From NCBI RefSeq assembly GCF_964204645.1, contig NC_134030.1, forward strand, positions 4,816,778-4,880,777: a stretch of DNA of 64,000 nt, given 5' to 3'. The DNA comes from Tubulanus polymorphus (lineage: Eukaryota; Animalia; Nemertea). How positions within the stretch are numbered: position 1 is the first letter of the stretch; each line of letters begins with the position of its first letter. Position numbers and translations under genes: made by a program. Shown one piece after another: positions 39,317 to 50,929 of this stretch. The notes beneath the pieces were generated by a model, which worked only from the letters and a program-made list of their open reading frames with translations, was not told the origin of the DNA and searched no databases.

Positions 39317-39548
39317 AGGGGGTCTGGGGGCCCTCCCCTAGAAAGATTTTGAAAATTCAATCGCCGGAGATGCGTTTTGGGGCCATTTCACGGTCTCATT
39401 CACAGAAGCATGAGAAGCCGCGAGCCAACCACCTAGTCAGAGAACGACGAGCTGCTACGCGGTACAGCGTGCTTTTGAAAAAAAATTTGTTAAGCAAAAA
39501 AGTGGGGCGGCTTTGGCCGCCCCTGCCGCCCCTGTTCCGACGGCCCTG
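39317..39548 (-). mobile_element. Partial hAT-like MITE (copy at 49314-49546)
   Basis: GGGGGTCTGGGGGCCCTCCCC core and terminus GCCGCCCCTGTTCCGACGGCCCTG (reverse complement CAGGGCCGTCGGAAC). Confidence 0.55.
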
Positions 39549-40204
39549 ACTGGTGCTATGGCAACGCTGGCAACAGGTGTTCTTTTATACATCAAAAAAC
39601 GTCAGTTACAATTCGTCCTGAACAAGATATACGTAACAAGAATAACACGGTTTTTTTCATTTACCAAGGGTTAGTCGTTTGTATTAGTACACGAGCAACT
39701 TTTATTAACGAATATTTAAAGCTTCCATTTGACTATTTCAAAATATGCATGTCAAAAATAGAGCACTTAGTTTTTACCCTGAGTTGGTTTCCATACACCT
39801 CCTTTCCTGTCTGGATGGGCGACCCTCAGTCCTTGCTCCAAGTCATCATCAGCTTTTCTAAATGTTTTCCATAAGTCCCTACCGCCTGGAATGGAAAGAA
39901 TGGAAAAAATGAATGAATGAAATATGTCAACAGGATAAGAACCAACGCAAGTTTTTGCTACGTGTGAGATTTGTGAAGCCAATATTTCCACCACCCCAAC
40001 TAGTTCTGATTGACCTCATTTCTTTTATTAATGATACACTCGAGAAACGTGAAATCCCTTCTCGCCGGTGAGATCATCGGCTGATGTCGGAGTTATAGCT
40101 GCTGTTACACATAAATTATTGAATGAATATAAAAATTCCTAATAATACGATAATTTTTAATTCTGACTGCGATTAAAGCCGGGCGGGACGCCAGACGTGA
40201 CAAG

Positions 40205-40930
40205 ATGTCTAGTGATACAACACGCAAACAACTTTTGGAAACCGTTCGAAAACTTGTTGGTGAATATCAAAACACGATCATCGAATCGGGAGGTCAGGCT
40301 GAGTTCACATTCTGTGGTAAGAAATTCGTCACTTTCACCGATGTATGTTTTACTGAAGGTTACGATGACATAGCGCTAAATTTACCAGATGAAACACGCA
40401 AAGATGCGAGGGTTCTAGAAATCGGATGCGGAAATGGTTGTGTGAGCACCATACATTATCTGCAAAACAAATCCAAGATCAGTTTCATTCTAGCGATGGA
40501 TATCAATCCACAAGCTTTAGAAAATACTAAAGCGAATTTCGAGCGTTACGGAGTTCCAGGGGAGGTGCGCTATTCAGACGTGTTCCAGTCGATTTCTGAA
40601 GATGAAAAGTTCGATTTGATTTTCTGGAATGTTCCATTCTTTAACCAGACCCCCACCGAGACCGGTGACCTGAAGATTGTCGAAAGAGGATTCATCGATC
40701 CCGGTTACGAGGGCATCGGTAGATTCATCGCAGGTGCGCGTAGATATCTGAGACCCGGTGGAAATGCGTTTTTTGGTTTTAGTAGCGCTTGTGGTCAAAT
40801 TGACATCCTGGAAGAAAAGGCGAAAGAAGCAGAAATGCGCCTCGAACGTTTTTGGCATAAAACACTGGTCGTGGAAACATTTGTCGTAGATTGGGAATTA
40901 TGGCTAATTCTAAAGATTGATACCGAATAA
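40205..40930 (+). CDS. HemK-like methyltransferase, type B (NVPF), copy 2
   Basis: Same motifs; 241 aa, intact. Confidence 0.9.
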   Translation: MSSDTTRKQLLETVRKLVGEYQNTIIESGGQAEFTFCGKKFVTFTDVCFTEGYDDIALNLPDETRKDARVLEIGCGNGCVSTIHYLQNKSKISFILAMDINPQALENTKANFERYGVPGEVRYSDVFQSISEDEKFDLIFWNVPFFNQTPTETGDLKIVERGFIDPGYEGIGRFIAGARRYLRPGGNAFFGFSSACGQIDILEEKAKEAEMRLERFWHKTLVVETFVVDWELWLILKIDTE

Positions 40931-43013
40931 GAAACCGAAGTCAAAATGTACCAAATAACCCGCATGAAAAACAACATCTAGTTGCAATATAGAATATGAA
41001 ATATTTAAACTGTTGTATGACTTCATCGTGGCCAATAAGGCACACAGTCACATGAATAGGTTTCATTGTACTAACAATAGTCCAGTCTAGGATTTGTGAT
41101 CGCTTTTGGATTAAAGTTATGACTGTGCAACTGAGAGACTTACGTACCGGTACCTATGTATATTTTACAAAAACAATCAAGGGTTTGTGGTCTCGCGGCC
41201 TATTAGTTTCCTGATGAAATATTCAAATTATTTTTATTGATTCTTAATAATATATCATATTATTCATTGGCAATATATGTGTTATTTTTTACAAGGCGCC
41301 AATTAACTTTCGATTTAGTTTTCTCGTTATAATGAGGGTCACGATCCATGGTGCATGACAATGAACAGTCCTGATGACGTCGACCTCTGTGTACCATCAT
41401 TCACTACTTGACCGCCGAAACAACAAGGAAACCTTTTTTAGAGATACATCGTTCGTTTGTTTATTTGTTGACTGAGATAGAACATAATGTATTTATACGT
41501 ATATTAATATGTACAAGATTCACCCGACAATATAAATTTACAATCAAATAAATCTAATAATAATAATTATTATATAATAATAATAATAATGATAATAATA
41601 ATAAAGAATTCACAAAAAGATGATGAGTGCACGTAACCAACAAATGTTACGAATAAAAACCTACTTCTTACAACACTCGCAAAATAAAATTTATCTCTAC
41701 AAATAAATTAAGTTATTTCCCCATAATATCTAAAATGCACTTAGCCATATCAGTGAATATGTTTTACCACATTCAAAATGTACGCAAATACTTCTTGATC
41801 CTTTTGATATATGCGTGCCAAAATAGTTTTCAATTACTTTGAAGCACAGGATAAGACATTACCTTTCAAAAGCGAAATTCTAATTCAGAAATAAGTTAAA
41901 TACTACCAAATCAGCCACAGTTCGGGAAATGGGGTGAGAGCGATGTTGAGAAAAATATACACATCCATCGCAATTCTGAACTCAAACTACATTCAATGAA
42001 ATGTAGTCCACTCGCGATAATCTTATGCCGTTGTATTACATAAAGCACCAAGAGCAATTTTCACAGAATCTCTATACATCATTATATCTAATAATCTATT
42101 CATCAGAACCGTTTGCACTTAGTTAACTAGTAATCAAAATATTACCTAATTCGATTTTAAACCAGATCTCTTTTTTTTCATTTTTGATTACGCTTCATTT
42201 TTTCAAATCTTTATAAGAAGATATAATATAGTTTACATATACGGTGTAGAAACACTATTATCATTACGTTGCTCAGGCATTTCAACATATATACGTATCA
42301 AGTTTTTATGTAGGGTTGATCGTTCACGCATCCAAAAATATTCCTATAAAATTACAGTAGAGTACTTCATTCATCAAAAAGTCGAGAATTTCATCGTAAG
42401 AAAAATCAAAATAAATAGTGAATTATACATTATGATATTATTTTCTGTCTAGAAAATTATTCGGTACAAAAATTACGCGACTTAAATTATGTTCATCATT
42501 TTCTTATTTTTAAACAGCCACCATTATGTAAAATCTAACTTTGAGCAAAATGCAAAAGTGTATCAACAAAACCCGAAAGCAACGGAGACGTTTTAGATTT
42601 TAAGATTGCAAGATTTAAAAATGAATACTGCGTTCATTTGATCATCATGATGTCATTGTGGTATGAAATAGTCACTACTTATGGACAGTTCATCAAACTT
42701 TAGTAGTCAGTTCAATGGAAATAGTGTTGTACCTCGCACATTGATAAGATGCACATTTTACGATTCTCAAAAACAATTGAAAAATAGATCATAACTCGTC
42801 ATTTGATATCGAAACTTGCCTCAGAGATCATACAACAGGAAATCTGATTGGTGCCGGTTAAACCTGCGCACCCAGTCTAGTGTGGCAGGGTCTTGCGCCG
42901 TGGCTGAGTGTAGCGATGCCATCGAAGTTCGAATCGCTGCCGAGGAGGATGTCGGTGGTTAGACTTGTAGTATACATGGACCAAGTTAACAAAAGATTTT
43001 AAAACAGATAGTA

Positions 43014-43193
43014 ATGCAGCCAAATATTAGCTTTATACGACCCTATTGGGTGAATTTCATCGAGTATTTTTCACGCAATCCGTCGAGCGAATTGAATCGG
43101 TTTTTGTTTCTTTATATTTATCCGATTGTTTTTATTTGCGGACTGACTGGAAACTCGCTGTCGTTGGTCTTGAAACAGTGTTTTCGATCATGA
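43014..43193 (+). CDS. In-frame internally deleted GPCR copy encoding a 59-aa single-TM peptide (or pseudogene)
   Basis: MQPNISFIRPYWVNFIEYFSRNPSSELNRFLFLYIYPIVFICGLTGNSLSLVLKQCFRS*. TM1 is fused in frame to the native last residues and stop codon. Confidence 0.55.
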   Translation: MQPNISFIRPYWVNFIEYFSRNPSSELNRFLFLYIYPIVFICGLTGNSLSLVLKQCFRS

Positions 43194-44615
43194 AAAATAT
43201 CTCATCGCATTGCACATACACGTAATATAATGGTCGATAAAAACCTATTGCTAAAACCTAAAACCAATCACAAAAATACAGCCTGCAGCTAGAATACATT
43301 TTAGAGTACCATGTATCAACAAAACCCATTAGCAACGGACACGTTTTAGGTTTTAAGATTGCAAGATTTAAAAATAAATACTGCGTCCATTTGATGTCAT
43401 TGTGGTATGAAATAGTCACTACTTTTGGACAGTTCATCAAACTTTAGTAGTCAGTTTAATGGAAATAGTGTTGTACCTCGCACATTGATAAGATGCACAT
43501 TTTACGATTCTCAAAAACAATTGAAAAATAGATCATAACTCGTCATTTGATATCGAAGATACGGAAGCGATTATCGATAAGGGGCCTCCAGTTGTCGCGA
43601 GCCAGCTCGACAAGTCGACATTTCGTGTGACATTTGGATGACAAATTATGTTTTGTTGACCATTTCATTATTCCTCCTGCAAATAAATGACGTTTTATAT
43701 CTGATTTTCCTATAGGTATGCTGAAATCATTCATTTATTGGGCAAACTTTTAGTAAATCTGAGTTAATATCTAACCTAATTATCATATTTAGATTGAAGA
43801 TGATGTGCTTTATTTTTTCTTGTATAATATCTGCCTCAGATACATAAAACTTTCACAGAACAATGAACTTTTAATTGTCACTATGTCAACTATCCACATG
43901 GTAAACTCTAACCAACTTTTGAGCACTGGCCCCAGGATTATATTTTTTATTTGAATGAGTAGAAGCATTTATATCGAATTGTTTCATATAAACTTCAAAA
44001 ATAATTCTATAACATTCTCTCTGGGGATCATAGCTATTATGAATAAAAATTGCTTTATCGAATTTTTTTTTAATCTATAATTTGTTGCATTTCTCCAGTA
44101 ATTATCAAATTTTTACCTACTCCTATAGAAATTTTGGTATTGAATGATTCTTTTTTCTTGACACCTTGCTTACTTAAAAAAATGTACATAATCTAACATT
44201 TTAGCACTTTTTAAAGGTTTTTTTCAATTCTTTACTATTTCCTTCAACCTTTCTACATCTGGCGTGAAAACCTATTTATACCAATACTATTAACTTATGG
44301 CAATTTGGGAGCTGTCTTGACTTATCTTTAATATTATTCCCCAATAACTTTGCAAATATACTGTCGCAGTATATTTCCTAGAGTATACTTTGTTCTATTT
44401 TAGTTTATCCGTGAAATTTGCCTCAAAGATCATACAACGGGCAATCTGATTGGTGCCGGTTAAACCTGCGCACCCAGTCTAGTGTGGCAGGGTCTTGCGC
44501 CGTGGCTGAGTGTAGCGACGCCATCGAAGTTCGAATCGCTGCCGGGGAGGATGTCGGTGGTTAGACTTGTAGTATACATGGACCAAGTTAACAAAAGATT
44601 TTAAAATAGATAGTA

Positions 44616-45563
44616 ATGCAGCCAAATATAAGCTTTATACGTCCCCATTGGGTGAATTTCATCGAGTATTTTTCACGCAATCCGTCGAGCGAATTGAATC
44701 GGTTTCTGTTTCTTTACATTTATCCGATTGTTTTCATTTGCGGACTGACTGGAAACTCGCTGTCGCTGGTCTTAATGTTCGATCATCGATTTCGCCGTCA
44801 TTCTTACAGTGCGTATATGGCGGTTTTGGCTATAAGTGACACTGTCTGTTTGGTCGGTACTTTCATGGCTTCAATAAATCTAATTGCCTACTCTTTAACT
44901 GGTGACGTTATTATACGATTTACAGATGTCAACAAATGCCGTTTACCCGAACATGTATTCTATGCATCTAATTTAATAAGTTCTTGGATTATCGTTTCGA
45001 TAACACTAGAAAGATGCTTCGCCGTTGTCAGTCCCTTCACTGCCAGAATATTCTGTTCTCGAAAAGTAGCATGGATTATTACGGCTTCGGTTGTATCATT
45101 TTCATTCGCATTCACTTCTTACGCGGCCGCAATTACCTCGTACGACAGTGAATTCGGTTGCTTCATATCATCATTACGCGGAATGAAGGCGCACTACGCG
45201 ATCGCCCCGTCCAGTTTCATCTATTCACCGATATGTATCATAGCCTTACTGAACATCATCATAATCAGATCTTTAACGACGTCGCCGTCGTTAATACAAA
45301 GTAATAAAACAAAACTTCACTCGAATAATACCAGGAAAATAACTTTCACCGTTCTCATTGTGTCGATAACGTTTATAATTCTGCTCACTCCATCGGCCAG
45401 TCTTTGTATTCTTGTGGCGGCTTTACCGAATACACCAGACTTTGCAAACTGGTTAGATACGGCGCAATTCATCTTTAGCATAAATTGTGCCGTGAATTTT
45501 TACATATATTGTTTGACGGGAGCCGAATTCAGGAAAACGCTGAAACAGTGTTTTCGATCATGA
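44616..45563 (+). CDS. Intronless class A orphan GPCR, unit 2
   Basis: 315 aa; differs from the unit 1 copy at 6 residues. Confidence 0.9.
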   Translation: MQPNISFIRPHWVNFIEYFSRNPSSELNRFLFLYIYPIVFICGLTGNSLSLVLMFDHRFRRHSYSAYMAVLAISDTVCLVGTFMASINLIAYSLTGDVIIRFTDVNKCRLPEHVFYASNLISSWIIVSITLERCFAVVSPFTARIFCSRKVAWIITASVVSFSFAFTSYAAAITSYDSEFGCFISSLRGMKAHYAIAPSSFIYSPICIIALLNIIIIRSLTTSPSLIQSNKTKLHSNNTRKITFTVLIVSITFIILLTPSASLCILVAALPNTPDFANWLDTAQFIFSINCAVNFYIYCLTGAEFRKTLKQCFRS

Positions 45564-46748
45564 ATAGTACCCCATCTAATCACACATATTATACATGTAT
45601 TATAATGGCTGATAAAAGCATTTGCTAAAACCTAATACATGTACCAAGCACATAATAACAGCCTGCAGCTGGAATACAAGTATTGTGTATCAATATAAAT
45701 CCATTAGAAACAGACGCATTTTAAGTTTTAAGATTGCAAGATTTAAAAAAAAAATACTGCGTATGATTCATGATGGATGTCGAACTAATAGTCAATACTT
45801 TTTGGAAGTTAATCAACCTTTAGTCAGTTTAATGAAAATATTGTTGTACACCTCGCACAATACTAAGACGCACCTTTTATGATTTTCGAAAATAATTGAA
45901 AACATATCATAATTCATCATTTGATAACGAAGACAATGCACGACTTATAGCTGCTTTAATCACATCATGGGGCAGTGTAGTAGACCAAGTAGAAATCAAG
46001 TTCCGGGAAATATCGTTCAATATCTGAGTGAATCATCAGGTTGCTGAATTCATATTCAAAAATGTTTTGCTTCCTGACGACTATATAATACATGACTGTT
46101 GGGTTTGGAAGGGACACCAAATTAAGTCAAATCAAATTAAATTCGCCAATCAAATAAATAAGAAGGAACATCAAGATGAAGAACGTATACGAAAGAAGAA
46201 AGTAGCTATAATCTATATGTGCTAATTAGACAGGAGTGGACTGACCGAAGAACCAAATACTCATATTCAGAAACCAAATTCCACAGCCGTGAGTTAGAGT
46301 TATCTCTGAACTCGGGAGTTGGGCTGGGGGCTGTGTTTTTAAGTGATTCGGGTCACCATATTTTTACCATACCGAAAGCATATTCAGTATCGTCTGGAAG
46401 AAAGGCAGAGCACAATTTCACAAATTTTCAATGTCAATAGAATAAAGATATGGTGACCTTATTATGAAAATTCTGAATGGAGTGATTAAGGTCACCATAT
46501 TTCTCTATTTTATTGGCGTTAAAAATTAGTAAAGCTGTGCTCTCTTCCAGACTGACAGACCCTATTGAAATTGGCGATAACATCATAACCAAAAGTATAT
46601 TTACCGGGTTCTTATCGCCCAAATCAAACATTAAAGTTCACCATATTTTCATAAAAAATTAACTTGGCAATGAAATAACCAGAAGCATATATACGATACA
46701 TTTTTTCTCACTGCGATTAAAGCCGGGCGGGACGCCAGACGTGACAAG

Positions 46749-47474
46749 ATGTCTAGTGACACAATACGCAAAGAACTTTTGGAAACCGCTCGAAAACTTG
46801 TTGGTGAATATCAAAACACGATCATCGAATCGGGAGGTCAGGCTGAGTTCACATTCTGTGGTAAGAAATTCGTCACTTTCAACGATGTATGTTTTACTGA
46901 AGGTTACGATGACATAGCGCTAAATTTACCAGATGAAACACGCAAAGATGCGAGGGTTCTAGAAATCGGATGCGGAAATGGTTGTGTGAGCACCATGCAT
47001 TATCTGCAAAACAAATCCAAGATCAGTTTCATTCTAGCGGTGGATATCAATCCACAAGCTTTAGAAAATACTAAAGCGAATTTCGAGCGTTACGGAGTTC
47101 CGGGGGAGGTGCGCTATTCAGACGTGTTCCAGGCGATTTCTGAAGATGAAAAGTTCGATTTGGTTTTTTGGAATGCTCCATTCTTCAACCATACCCCCAC
47201 CGAGACCGGTGACCTGAAGATTGTCGAAAGAGGATTCATCGATCCCGGTTATGAGGGCATCGGTAGATTCATCGCAGGTGCGCGTAAATATCTGAGACCC
47301 GGTGGAAATGCGCTTTTTGGTTTTAGTAGCACTTGTGGTCAAATTGACATCCTGGAAGAAAAGGCGAAAGAAGCAGAAATGTGCCTCGAACGTTTTTGGC
47401 ATAAAACACTGGTCGTGGAAGCATTTGTCGTAGATTGGGAATTATGGCGAATTCTACCGATTGATACCGAGTAA
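46749..47474 (+). CDS. HemK-like methyltransferase, type A (NAPF), copy 3
   Basis: Same motifs; 241 aa, intact. Confidence 0.9.
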   Translation: MSSDTIRKELLETARKLVGEYQNTIIESGGQAEFTFCGKKFVTFNDVCFTEGYDDIALNLPDETRKDARVLEIGCGNGCVSTMHYLQNKSKISFILAVDINPQALENTKANFERYGVPGEVRYSDVFQAISEDEKFDLVFWNAPFFNHTPTETGDLKIVERGFIDPGYEGIGRFIAGARKYLRPGGNALFGFSSTCGQIDILEEKAKEAEMCLERFWHKTLVVEAFVVDWELWRILPIDTE

Positions 47475-50203
47475 GAAACCGAAGTGTAAATGTACCATTT
47501 AGTCAAATAACCCGCTTGAAAAAGCTATTTAGTTGCAATATAGAATATGAAATATTTCAAACTGTTGTATGACTGCATCGTGGCCAATAAGGTACATAGT
47601 CACATGAATAGGTTTCATTGTACTAACAATAGTCCAGTCTAGGATTTATGATCGCTTTTGGATTAAAGTTATGACTGTGCAACTGAGAGACTTACGTACC
47701 GGTACCTATGTATATTTTACAAAAACAATCAAGGGTTTGTGGTCTCGCGGCCTATTAGTTTCCTGATGAAATATTCAAATTAACCTTATTGATTCTTAAT
47801 AATATATCATATTATTCATTGGCAATATATGTGTTATTTTTCTTCAAGGCGCCAATTAACTTTCAATTCAGTTTTCTCGTTATAATGAGGGTCACGATCC
47901 ATGGTGCATGACAATGAACAGTCCTGATGATGTCGACCTCTGTGTACCATCATTCACTACTTGACCGCCGAAACAACAAGGAAACCTTTTTTAGAGATAC
48001 ATCGTTCGTTTGTTTATTTGTTGACTGAGATAGAACATAATGTATTTATACGTATATTAATATGTACAAGATTCACCCGACAATATAAATTTACAATCCA
48101 ATAAATCTAATAATAATAATTATTATATAATAATAATAATAATAATGATAATAATAATAAAGAATTCACAAAAAGATGATGAGTGCACGTAACCAACAAA
48201 TGTTACGAATAAAAACCTACTTCTTACAACACTCGCAAAATAAAATTTATCTCTACAAATAAATTAAGTTATTTCCCCATAATATCTAAAATGCACTTAG
48301 CAATATCAGTGAATATGTTTTACCACATTCAAAATGTACGCAAATACTTCTTGATCCTTTTGATATATGCGTGCCAAAACAGTTTTCAATTACTTTGAAG
48401 CACAGGATAAGACATTACCTTTCAAAAGCGAAATTCTAATTCAGAAATAAGTTAAATACTACCAAATCAGCCACAGTTCGGGAAATGGGTTGAGAGCGAT
48501 GTTGAGAAAAATATACACATCCATCGCAATTCTGAACTCAAACTACATTCAATGAAATGTAGTCCACTCGCGATAATCTTATGCCGTTGTATTACATAAA
48601 GCACCAAGAGCAATTTTCACAGAATCTCTATACATCATTATATCTAATAATCTATTCGTCAGAACCGTTCGCAGTTAGTTAACTAGTAATCAAAATATTA
48701 CCTAATTCGATATTAAACCAGATCTCTTTTTTTTCATTTTTGATTACGCTTCATTTTTTCAAATCTTTATAAGAAGATATAATATAGTTTACATATACGG
48801 TGTAGAAACACTATTATCATTACGTTGCTCAGGCATTTCAACATATATACGTATCAAGTTTTTATGTAGGGTTGATCGTTCACGCATCCAAAAATATTCC
48901 TATAAAATTACAGTAGAGTACTCCATTCATCAAAAAGTCGAGAATTTCATCGTAAGAAAAATCAAAATTAATAGTGAATTGTGAATAGTGAATTATTAGA
49001 AAATGTAATAGAAAATCCATTAATAATAAACCCGAAATTTAATGAAATGAATATATTAGATTATCGGTGGTATAGAAAAACATTTATAGATTATTTCTCG
49101 AGTCATGATAAAGGGGACATATTGAAAAAGTTAGATAACTTTAAACCAAAAATAACTTATGCAATGAACTTATTTGAACTTAAATATGATGATTTAAGAG
49201 AATTTTTAAATAAACATCCATCAAGAAATGAAATCGAAAATTATATTCCAAAAATATTTTCAAGAGCTGCGTATACTAAATATAAACTCCCACGTGGCGA
49301 GGCTTATTTCTGAAGGGGGTCTGGGGGCCCTCCCCTAGAATGATTTTGAAAATTCAATCGCCGGAGATGCGTTTTGGGGCCATTTCACGGTCTCATTCAC
49401 AGAAGCATGAGAAGCCGCGAGCCAACCACCTAGTCAGAGAACGACGAGCTGCTACGCGGTACAGCGTGCTTTTGAAAAAAAAATTTGTTAAGCAAAAAAG
49501 TGGGGCGGCTTTGGCCGCCCCTGCCGCCCCTGTTCCGACGGCCCTGACTGGTGCTATGGCAACGCTGGCAACAGGTGTTCTTTTATACATCAAAACAACG
49601 TCAGTTACAATTCGTCCTGAACAAGATATCCGTAACAAGAATAACACGGTTTTTTTCATTTACCAAGGGTTAGTCGTTTGTATTAGTACACGAGCAACTT
49701 TTATTAACGAATATTTAAAGCTTCCATTTGACTATTTCAAAATATGCATGTCAAAAATAGAGCACTTAGTTTTTACCCTGAGTTGGTTTCCATACACCTC
49801 CTTTCCTGTCTGGGTGGGCGACCCTCAGTCCTTGCTTCAAGTCATCATCAACTTTTCTAAATGTTTTCCATAAGTCCCTACCGCCGGGAATGGAAAGAAT
49901 GGAAAAAATGAATGAATGAAATATGTCAACAGGATAAGAACCAACGCAAGTTTTTGCTACGTGTGAGATTTGTGAAGCCAATATTTCCACCACCCCAACT
50001 AGTTCTGATTGACCTCATTTCTTTTATTAATGATACACTCGAGAAACGTGAAATCCCTTCTCGCCGGTGAGATCATCGGCTGATGTCGGAGTTATAGCTG
50101 CTGTTACACATAAATTATTGAATGAATATAAAAATTCCTAATAATACGATAATTTTTAATTCTGACTGCGATTAAAGCCGGGTGGGACGCCAGACGTGAC
50201 AAG

Positions 50204-50929
50204 ATGTCTAGTGACACAACACGCAAACAACTTTTGGAAACCGTTCGAAAACTTGTTGGTGAATATCAAAACACGATCATCGAATCGGGAGGTCAGGCTG
50301 AGTTAACATTCTGTGGTAAGAAATTCGTCACTTTCACCGATGTATGTTTTACTGAAGGTTACGATGATGTAGCGCTAAATCTACCAGATGAAACCCGCAA
50401 AGATGCGAGGGTTCTAGAAATCGGATGCGGAAATGGTTGTGTGAGCACCATACATTATCTGCAAAACAAATCCAAGATCAGTTTCATTCTAGCGGTGGAT
50501 ATCAATCCACAAGCTTTAGAAAATACTAAAGCGAATTTCGAGCGTTACGGAGTTTCGGGGGAGGTGCGCTATTCAGACGTGTTCCAGTCGATTTCTGAAG
50601 ATAAAAAGTTCGATTTGGTTTTCTGGAATGTTCCATTCTTTAACCAGACCCCCACCGAGACCGGTGACCTGAAGATTGTCGAAAGAGGATTCATCGATCC
50701 CGGTTACGAGGGCATCGGTAGATTCATCGCAGGTGCGCGTAGATATCTGAGACCCGGTGGAAATGCGTTTTTTTGTTTCAGTAGCGCTTGTGGTCAAATT
50801 GACATCCTGGAAGAAAAGGCGAAAGAAGCAGAAATGCGCCTCGAACGTTTTTGGCATAAAACACTGGTCGTGGAAACATTTGTCGTAGATTGGGAATTAT
50901 GGCGAATTCTACCGATTGATACCGAATAA
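50204..50929 (+). CDS. HemK-like methyltransferase, type B (NVPF), copy 4
   Basis: Same motifs; 241 aa, intact. Confidence 0.9.
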   Translation: MSSDTTRKQLLETVRKLVGEYQNTIIESGGQAELTFCGKKFVTFTDVCFTEGYDDVALNLPDETRKDARVLEIGCGNGCVSTIHYLQNKSKISFILAVDINPQALENTKANFERYGVSGEVRYSDVFQSISEDKKFDLVFWNVPFFNQTPTETGDLKIVERGFIDPGYEGIGRFIAGARRYLRPGGNAFFCFSSACGQIDILEEKAKEAEMRLERFWHKTLVVETFVVDWELWRILPIDTE

